Source of the DNA: a virus
Taxonomy: Duplodnaviria > Caudoviricetes
IMG/VR virus record: IMGVR_UViG_3300032001_000028
Location: 1-33,203 of that record
Strand: one strand, 5' to 3'
Length of the DNA stretch: 33,203 bases
Shown here: piece by piece, positions 1-7,946 of the stretch
Layout of the letters: every line of letters begins with the position of its first letter
Position numbering within the stretch: the stretch's first letter is position 1
Position numbers and translations under genes: made by a program
Notes under the pieces: model-generated
The model's input: the letters and a program-made list of their open reading frames with translations, nothing else
What the model was told of the DNA's origin: nothing
The model's database searches: none

Positions 1-216
1 ATTTCATTGGCGTCACCCCAGGAAGCGGCAGCGGGACACGGTCCCAAAGTATTGCGATGCTCGCTGGTAGGCCTCGAACCGAGACCAGAAGCCAATGGCT
101 GACAGGACCAAAGTACGTTGAAGTTTCAACCGAAGTCAAGGGACGGACAGGCAGGACTCCATGACCAACTACACATGACCGAGGACGATTACGACCAGTT
201 CCGTTGAAAAAACATG

Positions 217-231
217 GAACAGAACAAGAAT
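217..231. promoter_or_regulatory. Putative alphaproteobacterial LexA (SOS) box, GAAC-N7-GAAT
   Basis: GAACAGAACAAGAAT fits the Alpha-type GAAC-N7-GAAC direct-repeat box with one terminal mismatch and an A-rich spacer; it lies in the non-coding leader of the + strand early cluster. Confidence 0.5.
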
Positions 232-248
232 AGCTTGCCCTGGGCAAC

Positions 249-277
249 TTGACGCGGCGTTAGAACGTGTTCTACGG
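249..277 (+). promoter_or_regulatory. Possible sigma70-type promoter, TTGACG-N17-CTACGG
   Basis: Good -35 (cTTGACG), weak -10; flanked or overlapped by palindromes TTGCCC-T-GGGCAA (235-247) and TAGAAC-GT-GTTCTA (261-274). Confidence 0.35.
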
Positions 278-321
278 GGTTCTCTCGTCGGGGACAAAAC
301 CGACTCGATGGGAGAACACCA

Positions 322-1935
322 ATGACCACCAGCACTACCCAGACCAAAGGCCAGCTCGCCGCCGCCGACGTGTCCGCCCTGCTGCGGGCCCGTAACCCGC
401 TCATCTGGATCACCACCCGCGAAGAAGCTCGCGTCGAACGCCACCTCTTCGAGGCCGCCGCCGCCGCCAACTACGTCGCCCGGACTTGGGATGTTGCCAA
501 GGGCATCGCCGCCATCGACGGCAAGGCCGTCCCCGGCATCCCTGCGCGCGATACCCAGGACCCCGGCGCCGCCTTTACCGCTATCGCTGAGCGCGCCACC
601 TCCACCGGCAGCGCCACCGACCGCTGCATCTGGATCATGCGCGACCTCCCGGCGTGGCTCGCCGGCCCGCAAAACGCCACCACCCTCCGCCAGCTCCGCA
701 ACCTAGCGCGCCAACTCCCCGGCTCACCACGCGAATCCGCCCAGGCCATCATCGTGCTGACGCCCACAGGCGAAATCCCGCTCGAACTCGCCGGTCACGC
801 CACGGTCATCGAATGGCCGCTCCCCGACCGCGCCGAGGTCTCCGCCATCCTCGACGCCGCCATCGCCGGCCTTCCCGACGAGCTGCGCACCGCAGCCGCC
901 CCCAATGGTACCCGCGACGCCGCGATCGACGCCGCCGTCGGGCTCTCCGGCGAGGAGGCCGCCTCTTGCTACGCGCGGTCCCTCGTCCAGCTGCGCCGCA
1001 TCGATCCCGTCACGGTGGCCAAGGAAAAAAAGCGCGTCATCGCCCGCGAACGCGTCATGGAATGGTACGATCCCATCCCCGGCGGGCTCGATGCCGTGGG
1101 CGGCCTCGATGTCCTCAAGGGCTGGCTCGTCGAGCGCAAGCTCGCCTATAGCCCCAAGGCCCGCGCCTACGGCCTCCCAGCGCCCAAAGGCGCCATCCTG
1201 GTAGGTGTGCCAGGGTGCGGCAAATCCCTCACCGCTAAGGCCGTGGCGACGGCCTGGGGCGTCCCCCTGCTCCGCCTCGACCTCGGCGCCCTCAAGTCCA
1301 AGTTCGTGGGCGAGTCCGAGGGTAACCTCCGCAAGGCCTTCCGTGTCATCGAGGCCATCGGCCGCTGCGTCGTCTGGCTCGACGAAATCGAAAAAGCCCT
1401 CCAGGGCTCAACCTCGGGCTCCGCCGACGGCGGCGTGTCCTCAGACGCCCTCGGCGCCATCCTGTCCTGGATGCAAGACCGCCAGGGCGAGGCCTTCGTC
1501 ATCGCGACCGCAAACGACGTGGAATCCCTCCCCCCAGAGCTGCTACGCAAAGGTCGCTTCGACGAGGTCTGGTTCGTCGACCTGCCGACCGCAGTCGAGC
1601 GCGAAGAAATCGTGCTCGCAAGCCTCAAGGCCCACGGCCGCGGTCAGCTGGACATCGATTCCCGCAAGATCGCCGCGGCCTGCACGGGATTTACAGGCGC
1701 TGAGGTCGCCGCGATCGTCCCCGAGGCGCTGTTCGCCGCCTTCGCGGAAAACGGCCGCGAACTTACCACGGATGATCTCGTGGCCGCCGCCGCCGATGTT
1801 TACCCCCTCGCCAAAACCGCCGCCGAGAAGATCACCCGTCTGCGCAAATGGGCCGACGAACGCGCTCGCAAAGCGACCAGTGTTCCAGTCGAAGAATGGC
1901 GGCCAGGAGCCCAGCTCCGCGCCCTCGATCTGTGA
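322..1935 (+). CDS. Ycf46-like AAA+ ATPase (degenerate N-terminal AAA-like domain plus active C-terminal AAA domain), 537 aa
   Basis: SD GGAG at 311-314; Walker A GVPGCGKS, pore loop SKFVGESE, Walker B VVWLDEIEK, sensor/SRH ATANDVESLPPELLRKGRFD; N-terminal LLRARNPLIWITTREEAR and VGGLDVLKGWL are typical of Ycf46-type proteins. Confidence 0.9.
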   Translation: MTTSTTQTKGQLAAADVSALLRARNPLIWITTREEARVERHLFEAAAAANYVARTWDVAKGIAAIDGKAVPGIPARDTQDPGAAFTAIAERATSTGSATDRCIWIMRDLPAWLAGPQNATTLRQLRNLARQLPGSPRESAQAIIVLTPTGEIPLELAGHATVIEWPLPDRAEVSAILDAAIAGLPDELRTAAAPNGTRDAAIDAAVGLSGEEAASCYARSLVQLRRIDPVTVAKEKKRVIARERVMEWYDPIPGGLDAVGGLDVLKGWLVERKLAYSPKARAYGLPAPKGAILVGVPGCGKSLTAKAVATAWGVPLLRLDLGALKSKFVGESEGNLRKAFRVIEAIGRCVVWLDEIEKALQGSTSGSADGGVSSDALGAILSWMQDRQGEAFVIATANDVESLPPELLRKGRFDEVWFVDLPTAVEREEIVLASLKAHGRGQLDIDSRKIAAACTGFTGAEVAAIVPEALFAAFAENGRELTTDDLVAAAADVYPLAKTAAEKITRLRKWADERARKATSVPVEEWRPGAQLRALDL

Positions 1936-1992
1936 TCTCGTCCGAAATACAATGAAAAGTTTTCGGATGGACAGTACGCCAAGGAAACCATC

Positions 1993-2334
1993 ATGCCCTG
2001 CGATACCCGCCTCAAGCCCAAGCAGACCATCCAGCAACGCATTGCGGAGGTCCGCAACGTCGTGGACCGCGTCAACCAGGGTGTCGCCGCCGGCCGCATC
2101 AAGTTCAAGGTCGGCCCCCAGGGCGCCATCGCCATCGACGGCCTCGCCGATGCCGACCGCGACGGCGTCACTGACGCCTGTATCTACCGCCGCATCATGG
2201 TCAGCGGCTCAGCCCTAACCCGCGCCGCCATCGCCCGCGCCGAGCAGCTCGCCGGCAAGCCTGTCAGCCGCCAAGTCCTCGGCCATGGCACCCACAGCCA
2301 CGACGGCGGCCGGACTTGGCACGATGGCCACTGA
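1993..2334 (+). CDS. Small hypothetical protein with His-rich C-terminus, probable partner of the AAA ATPase, 113 aa
   Basis: SD AAGGA at 1981-1985; same strongly C-ending codon usage as the ATPase; ends GHGTHSHDGGRTWHDGH. Confidence 0.8.
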   Translation: MPCDTRLKPKQTIQQRIAEVRNVVDRVNQGVAAGRIKFKVGPQGAIAIDGLADADRDGVTDACIYRRIMVSGSALTRAAIARAEQLAGKPVSRQVLGHGTHSHDGGRTWHDGH

Positions 2335-2338
2335 GCGC

Positions 2339-2380
2339 TTGCCAGCGGTGCCGCCCCAGGCCGGGCGGTACTGCCGGCAA
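2339..2380 (+). terminator. Long GC-rich stem-loop after the ATPase/partner pair (terminator-like or RNA processing/stability hairpin)
   Basis: TTGCC-A-GCGGTGCCGCCC / GGGCGGTACTGC-C-GGCAA gives about 17 bp with two G-U pairs and one mismatch around a 6-nt loop; no poly-U tail, so not a classic intrinsic terminator. Confidence 0.45.
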
Positions 2381-2403
2381 TCGTGCCGTGGGGAGAGAAA
2401 ATC

Positions 2404-3684
2404 ATGAGGATCATTGAGCTGCGCGCGGAGAATTTCCGGCGCCTTAAAGCGGTGGCGATCCGGCCTGACGGCAACGTCGTGCAGATCACCGGTGCGAACG
2501 GACAGGGCAAGACGAGCGTGCTGGATGCGATCTGGGTAGCGCTCAAGGGTCGTGCGGTTGCGGGCTCGGAGCCGATCCGCAAGGGAGCGGAGCAGGCCAA
2601 GATCAAGGTTGACCTTGGCGAGCTGACGATCGTTCGCACCTTCACACAGCGTGGCAAGGACATCAGCCTGACCACCTCGCTGAAAGTAACGATGGCTGAC
2701 GGTGAGGAACGCAAATCGCCGCAGGCGGTGCTTGACGCTCTCATTGGCGATTTGTCGTTTGATCCTTTGATTTTTGAGCGGGCGAAGCCTGTTGAGCAAT
2801 TCGAGATGCTCAAGAAGTTTGTTTCTGGGTTTGATTTTGAGGGAAATTCGGAACGGCGGCAGAAGCTTTACGACAACCGCACTGACCTATCGCGGCTGGC
2901 CAAGCGCGACCGCGCGTCGGAGCAGAACATCGTGTTGCCGCCGGGGCCGAAGCCGCAGCCTGCGGATGTCGCGGGCAAGGTCGAGGAGTTGCGGCTCGCC
3001 GGTGTCCACAACACCAACGTTGCCAACAAGGAGGCTATGCGAGACCGTCTCATTGCTACGGCTGATACCAAGCGAGATGAGGCCGAACGGCTGCGCGCCC
3101 GGGCGGCGACGCTTGATAACGAGGCAGATAGCGTTGAAGCCCACGCCGCTGCCATTGATGTCGGGGAGCCTATCGACACTGCGTGTCTTTCGGTCGAGAT
3201 TGGCAAGGCTGAGGCGACGCGCGGGGTCATCATGCTGCATGAGCAGCGTGAGGCATTTGCGAGGGCGGCGGCTGCCCATGAGGCGACTGTCAAGCGGTTG
3301 ACCGAGAACATCGAGGCGCTTGACAATGAGCGTGAGGCTGCGATAGCGGCGGCGAAGATTCCCGTCAGCGGTCTCAGTCTTATCGAAGGCATGGTGTTGT
3401 TGAACGATTTGCCGTTTGCCAATGCCAGCCACGCCGAGCGGCTTGTGACCTCCACGGCGATTGCGATGATGCTCAATCCGACGCTGCGCGTCATTCGCAT
3501 TTACGAGGGATCGCGGCTTGACAGTGCCTCGTACAAGGTTGTCACCGACATGGCCAAGGAGCGTGACTACCAAGTGTGGATTGAGACTGTTGACGAGAGC
3601 GGCGAAGTTGGTGTCGTGATTGAGGACGGCGAGGTCACGGCGGTTGACGGGGACAAAGACACCGATCGTCGGGGAGTTAACTGA
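2404..3684 (+). CDS. SMC/SbcC(Rad50)-like ABC-type ATPase with coiled coil, 426 aa
   Basis: Starts MRIIELRAENFRRLKAV after SD GGGAG; Walker A GANGQGKT; central helical coiled coil; C-terminal signature-like ASHAER and Walker B-like IRIYEGSRLD. Confidence 0.85.
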   Translation: MRIIELRAENFRRLKAVAIRPDGNVVQITGANGQGKTSVLDAIWVALKGRAVAGSEPIRKGAEQAKIKVDLGELTIVRTFTQRGKDISLTTSLKVTMADGEERKSPQAVLDALIGDLSFDPLIFERAKPVEQFEMLKKFVSGFDFEGNSERRQKLYDNRTDLSRLAKRDRASEQNIVLPPGPKPQPADVAGKVEELRLAGVHNTNVANKEAMRDRLIATADTKRDEAERLRARAATLDNEADSVEAHAAAIDVGEPIDTACLSVEIGKAEATRGVIMLHEQREAFARAAAAHEATVKRLTENIEALDNEREAAIAAAKIPVSGLSLIEGMVLLNDLPFANASHAERLVTSTAIAMMLNPTLRVIRIYEGSRLDSASYKVVTDMAKERDYQVWIETVDESGEVGVVIEDGEVTAVDGDKDTDRRGVN

Positions 3685-4676
3685 TGGATGCGACCACACG
3701 ACAGAGGACGACTGCCACGCTCATTCCGCTCGGCCTACATTTCGGGCTCGATGCCGAGCGTTATCATGCTGACCCTGCATTGGGGTCGACGGACCTTCGG
3801 AGGCTTGCCAAGAACCCGCATAACTACTGGTATTATTCCTGGATGAATCCGAAGCGTCCTCGGGACAGGCAGACCGAGGCTCAAATCCGCGGCAGCGCGA
3901 TGCACAAGATCGTGTTCGAGGGATTGCCGGCGTTCCTCGACCGATATCTGGTCGGCGAGGACCAGGGCGACATGTCGACGGCGGAGAGAATGGCTTCGAC
4001 GAAGGCGTTGAACGTCAGAGCGCTTGCCGAGGGCAAGACGCCGATCAAGTATGAGGACTATGAGCGCGGCGTCATTGCCGCGGCGATGATCACCGAGGCC
4101 CCGGAGCTGGCGACTGCCTTTACCGGGGGGGCGAGCGAGGTGTCGTTCTTCTGGATGCGTGATGGTCTGAGGTTCAAGGCGCGGTTTGATTATCTCAAAT
4201 GCACGTCGCGATCGTCGGGGATGACGGCTGGCATCGGCGACCTCAAGACGGTAGCGAACCAGTATGAAAATGATTTCGAGCAAGAATGCCGCAACCGTAT
4301 TGGTCGCGACCATCTTGACGCCCAGGCGGCGCATTATCTGGAGGCACTGAAGTTGGTGCCGGCGGCGATCGAGGAAGGGCTTGTCAACAATTGGGTTCCG
4401 GCCGCCGGGGTAGTGGATTTGATTTCGCGCCTGTCCCAGGCAAGACGGTTTGGCTGGCAGTGGGTGTTTCACCAGACGGAGGGGGCGCCCATAACATTGA
4501 GTTGGAGTCTGTCGCCGGCCAATCCGATGGTTGAGGTTGGCCAGCGTGTCATCGCCTGTGGCGTCGAGAATTACCGGCTATGCATGGCTGCGTTTGGGGT
4601 CAACAAAATGTGGGCGCTGCGCCAGCAGGTCCGTGAGATCGACATTGAGGGCATGCCGGCGTGGTACGGGAGATAG
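3684..4676 (+). CDS. RecE/exonuclease VIII-like PD-(D/E)XK nuclease (DUF3799-type), 330 aa
   Basis: Motifs YHADPALGSTDL, GSAMHKIVFE, EVSFFW, KARFDYL, GDLKT, QAAHY; TGATG coupling to the upstream gene. Confidence 0.85.
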   Translation: MDATTRQRTTATLIPLGLHFGLDAERYHADPALGSTDLRRLAKNPHNYWYYSWMNPKRPRDRQTEAQIRGSAMHKIVFEGLPAFLDRYLVGEDQGDMSTAERMASTKALNVRALAEGKTPIKYEDYERGVIAAAMITEAPELATAFTGGASEVSFFWMRDGLRFKARFDYLKCTSRSSGMTAGIGDLKTVANQYENDFEQECRNRIGRDHLDAQAAHYLEALKLVPAAIEEGLVNNWVPAAGVVDLISRLSQARRFGWQWVFHQTEGAPITLSWSLSPANPMVEVGQRVIACGVENYRLCMAAFGVNKMWALRQQVREIDIEGMPAWYGR

Positions 4677-4686
4677 GGACGGACAG

Positions 4687-4887
4687 ATGAGCAGCTCCTC
4701 TTCGCGCGACGGCTTCGAATTTGAATGTGATGAGTGCGGCGAGACCTGGGCCCCGCCGCATCTTGGCCGCGGATCAGAGAAACGCAACTTCCAGGAATCC
4801 TGGGAGCTGGCAAAGGACGAGGGATGGCGCGCGTTCAAGGGCGCCAACGAACGGTGGCGGCATCGCTGCCCGGAGTGTACGGGATGA
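4687..4887 (+). CDS. Small zinc-ribbon protein (CDEC...CPEC), 66 aa
   Basis: ATG at 4687 after AGGGA; FECDECG...AKDEGW...HRCPEC; the track ORF 4531-4887 is over-extended. Confidence 0.75.
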   Translation: MSSSSSRDGFEFECDECGETWAPPHLGRGSEKRNFQESWELAKDEGWRAFKGANERWRHRCPECTG

Positions 4888-5078
4888 TGGTGACGGTCGA
4901 TGAAGCCAAGACGAAGATTTGCCCGCAGACGCTCATCCAGAACCGGCCGATGAAATGTATCGGCCCGGAGTGCATGGCGTGGCGCCATTTGCCGGACAGG
5001 ACGAATGCCCTGCACCCCGTAATTAATTTTGGGTGGTGCGGTCTTGCCGGTAGACCCGAGTACGAGGTTTCCCGGTGA
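4884..5078 (+). CDS. Small Cys-rich phage protein, 64 aa
   Basis: ATGA overlap with the previous stop; pattern EAKTKICP...CIGPECMAWR...GWCGLAGRP, recalled as common in alphaproteobacterial phages. Confidence 0.75.
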   Translation: MMVTVDEAKTKICPQTLIQNRPMKCIGPECMAWRHLPDRTNALHPVINFGWCGLAGRPEYEVSR

Positions 5079-5128
5079 GTGACGACGGCAAATCCGGCAA
5101 GGAATTGTGACTTGATGGGAGAACGCAG

Positions 5129-6475
5129 ATGAATAATCCTAACATCCGACAGTTTGATGCCTCTACCGACACCGCCATTGAGGCGGCCGGACGCTCTTCG
5201 CTCGACATGGGCTTGCAGCGCATGGAAATGGACCTTGCGATGGAGCATGCCATGCGCAATCCGCGCAACATTGAGGTTGTTATCAAAAAGATCAGAGCGA
5301 TGGCGCTTTACAACGACGCGGCGGCGCACCGCTGCATTTACGCTTTGCCGCGTAAAGAAAAGGCGATCATGGGACCGTCGATTGGGTTTGCCAAGATCAT
5401 TCTGACGGCGTGGCGCAACAGTCTGTGCCGGGCGTGGTTCGTTGGCATCGACAAGACGAACAAGATGACGTTTTGCGAGGGCGCGTTCAAAGACCTGGAA
5501 AGCAACGTCACCTCCGGCAGGCAGATCGGCCGGCGCATTTCGGGGCGGGATGGGCGGCTTTACAACGATGACATGATCGGGGTGACGACGCAGGCCTGCA
5601 TGTCGATTGCGTACCGCAGCGCCATCCTCATGGGGGTGCCGGACCCGATCTATAATCCGATTCTTGAGGAGGCCAAGATCATTATCCGCGGGACGACGGC
5701 GACCTTGCCGGAGCGGCGGCAGAAAATGATTGCCTTGTTTGCGAATTTCGGCGTTGCGCCGGATCGGGTGTTCATGGCGCTCGGCGTCAAGGACGAGAAG
5801 GAAATCACGCTTGACCAGATGGTGATGTTGCGCGGCATGTACGAGCAGCTGCGTGACGAGGAGATCACCGCTGCCGAGATGTTCGACCCGCGCAAGATGG
5901 TTGGCATGGGCTTCGAGCAAACGGAGATTCCTCTTGGTGACGACGAGGTTCCTGCGGTCCCGCGTCAAGCTGGACCTGCAGGAAACGGTACGGCGGCCCC
6001 TTCACGCCCGGTCGCCGTGCTACCGAGGGAGGCCGTACAGAAACCTGAACCTGCCGCCATGTCTGTGACCATGTCTGTGACTGCCGTGGGTCAGGAAAGC
6101 TTTGTACGGCCTCCTGTGGCAGAACCGCCACACGCCCAGGACGCGCCAGGGGAGGCCGCTGATGCGTCCGAGGGCTCCCCTATGCAGGACAGCGGGGAGG
6201 GGCCAAAGGCCGCTGAGCGGGCTCCCCTCGCGGCGGGCGGGCCATCGCAGTTTCATGACCGGCCCTATGTCCAGCGGACGGGCGATGAATACGTCGCGTA
6301 CTGTGTGACGTGGATTGACGGGGAGAAGACCAAGTCGGGCATTGATGACCGCTGGAAGAAGGAGCGGCGCATCCGCAACGCTTTAGGAACGGGGCCGCTC
6401 AACGAGGAGCAGCTGGCGGCCGTCAACGGCGCCAAGGCGCAGGCGGCCGCGCGCATCGAGAGGGGGGCTCAATGA
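5129..6475 (+). CDS. Phage protein, candidate single-strand annealing/recombination protein with low-complexity C-terminal half, 448 aa
   Basis: SD GGGAG; conserved-looking N-domain (RNPRN, IYALPR, GPSIGFA, AWRN, DLESN, SIAYRSAIL); Pro/Ala-rich linker and small C-domain; near the RecE-like nuclease. Function inferred from context. Confidence 0.65.
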   Translation: MNNPNIRQFDASTDTAIEAAGRSSLDMGLQRMEMDLAMEHAMRNPRNIEVVIKKIRAMALYNDAAAHRCIYALPRKEKAIMGPSIGFAKIILTAWRNSLCRAWFVGIDKTNKMTFCEGAFKDLESNVTSGRQIGRRISGRDGRLYNDDMIGVTTQACMSIAYRSAILMGVPDPIYNPILEEAKIIIRGTTATLPERRQKMIALFANFGVAPDRVFMALGVKDEKEITLDQMVMLRGMYEQLRDEEITAAEMFDPRKMVGMGFEQTEIPLGDDEVPAVPRQAGPAGNGTAAPSRPVAVLPREAVQKPEPAAMSVTMSVTAVGQESFVRPPVAEPPHAQDAPGEAADASEGSPMQDSGEGPKAAERAPLAAGGPSQFHDRPYVQRTGDEYVAYCVTWIDGEKTKSGIDDRWKKERRIRNALGTGPLNEEQLAAVNGAKAQAAARIERGAQ

Positions 6476-6600
6476 TCATGCAATGGCTGAAGGGGAAATT
6501 GTTATGCAGTTGGTTGGGTCACGCTTATGAATATTCGTGGTGGTGCAAAAGGTGTGGCCACTATTTGCCCAAGCCACGCGGCGTGAACCGCTGCACATAG
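6472..6600 (+). CDS. 42-aa Cys/His zinc-binding protein (DUF1660-like), not in ORF track
   Basis: Own translation MIMQWLKGKLLCSWLGHAYEYSWWCKRCGHYLPKPRGVNRCT; ATGA overlap with the upstream stop; C-x4-H...CxxC; fills the gap up to the next SD. Confidence 0.75.
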   Translation: MIMQWLKGKLLCSWLGHAYEYSWWCKRCGHYLPKPRGVNRCT

Positions 6601-6608
6601 GAGGATTT

Positions 6609-7007
6609 ATGGCCCTATCGTTCCTGCGCGACGCCGTCCGAGCGGACGGGATGAGCACCAGCGACCGCATGTTGGCGCAGCTTGCCCACGAGATCGACAC
6701 TTCGGTCGGTTCCGAGGCTGTCGATCCCGAGGCCTATGCGCCGCCGGATCGGCGGGGCTGGGTGCCGGAGGTGGACATGGAGGCGCTCGGCAACATGATC
6801 CAGCGTGATCCGCTTGGCGATCTGCGCGCGCGGCTACACGATCTGACCTATGGAGATATGATGGAGTTCTGCGGCGAGGTGCTGGCACTTGTCGCGGACG
6901 CGCCCATCACGATGCCGAACGACCTTGCGAAGTTGTTGTACCGCTGGTCGTGCTCATGGTCGTGCTCGGAGCGCGATGCGAACGACGTGTCACGCTGCCC
7001 TGATTAA
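6609..7007 (+). CDS. Hypothetical phage protein, 132 aa
   Basis: Strong SD AGGAGG at 6599-6604 before ATG 6609 (MALSFLRDAV); last gene of the + arm; overlaps the convergent gene by 18 nt. Confidence 0.7.
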   Translation: MALSFLRDAVRADGMSTSDRMLAQLAHEIDTSVGSEAVDPEAYAPPDRRGWVPEVDMEALGNMIQRDPLGDLRARLHDLTYGDMMEFCGEVLALVADAPITMPNDLAKLLYRWSCSWSCSERDANDVSRCPD

Positions 7008-7946
7008 AGTCAGCCCGTGAACGGCGACAGGCGTCATCGTCTGCAATGCAGCGCCGCCACCATTGAGGTTGACGGTAATGCCTGTCGTTGCAACCTGGGT
7101 GTTTATTTGCGAACCAGGAATATAGAAGGTTCCCCCTGGGCCGGCAGCCTGACCGGACGGTATTACATATGACACGATGTGCTGGTGACCTGGGTCCGTA
7201 ATCGCCAGATTGTAGGCCGGCAGCACCGACTGGGTGATGGTCCTGTTTTGCGTCCCGCCGCCGGCAAATAGCGTTGTGCCGTCAACACCGCCGCCTGCCG
7301 TGGTGATACGGCTCTGGCCCTGGTCGAGGGAGACGCGGCCTCGGCCACGAAAGTCAGGCAGCGTGGTACTGCCAAGAAAGGCATTGAGCGCCGGGTAAGT
7401 CGCCGCACTGAATGTCGTGCCGTCGCAATTGAGATATGGATGCACCGTGCAATTCGTGATCCATGCCGGCACCGCTGACGCAGCTAAATCCATGTACGAG
7501 CCGACACGTCCCATGTCGAGGTATTTGCAATCGACGCCGTCGTTGAAGATGTGAACGATTTCGCCAGGAGGCGCGGTGATTATTTTCCCCGGCGCCGCCG
7601 ACTGCAAAAAGATGACAAAGGCCCCCTGGGCACCGACGCTGTCGATCATCCAGAACCCGGAACGGGGAAGGGTGACGGTCAGGTTCCCGACCAGAGTGCC
7701 GCTAAAGCGCAGCATGGCGCTTTGCGTGCCGTAGGGGCCGGACCACAGCGACCCGGCGTTTGGGGGAAGGCCGTTGTTACCTGTCGTGAACGTATATGCG
7801 CCGCTGGTCTGGCTGATCGACCACACATTGGCAGCGAGGGAATCTGCCGCGCCGAAATTGGCGTTTGCCGGCTGATCCCACGTTCCGATGTCGCTGTTGT
7901 GGGTCGGCTGATATATTTGGATGTTGGTCGTTTGCGGATCAGGCAT
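6990..7946 (-). CDS. Tail fibre protein with phage tail-collar domain, about 318 aa
   Basis: YLNCDGTTFSAATYPALNAFLG...LPDFRGR...GGGTQNRTIT...DPGHQH is the tail-collar signature; SD spacing favours ATG 7946 over 7952. Confidence 0.85.
   Translation of the reverse strand: MPDPQTTNIQIYQPTHNSDIGTWDQPANANFGAADSLAANVWSISQTSGAYTFTTGNNGLPPNAGSLWSGPYGTQSAMLRFSGTLVGNLTVTLPRSGFWMIDSVGAQGAFVIFLQSAAPGKIITAPPGEIVHIFNDGVDCKYLDMGRVGSYMDLAASAVPAWITNCTVHPYLNCDGTTFSAATYPALNAFLGSTTLPDFRGRGRVSLDQGQSRITTAGGGVDGTTLFAGGGTQNRTITQSVLPAYNLAITDPGHQHIVSYVIPSGQAAGPGGTFYIPGSQINTQVATTGITVNLNGGGAALQTMTPVAVHGLTLIRAA

Noticed and set aside
1-216. Possible gene end or short ORFs at the left edge
   Set aside because: Several frames are briefly open but none has a recognisable motif or clear support; upstream sequence is needed.
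261-282. GAAC/GTTC half-sites as further LexA boxes
   Set aside because: Spacings are N2 (inverted) and N6 (direct), matching neither GAAC-N4-GTTC nor GTTC-N7-GTTC; kept only as an unnamed palindrome.
6057-6080. 12-bp tandem duplication (MSVT MSVT)
   Set aside because: In-frame slippage within a low-complexity linker; no sign of function.
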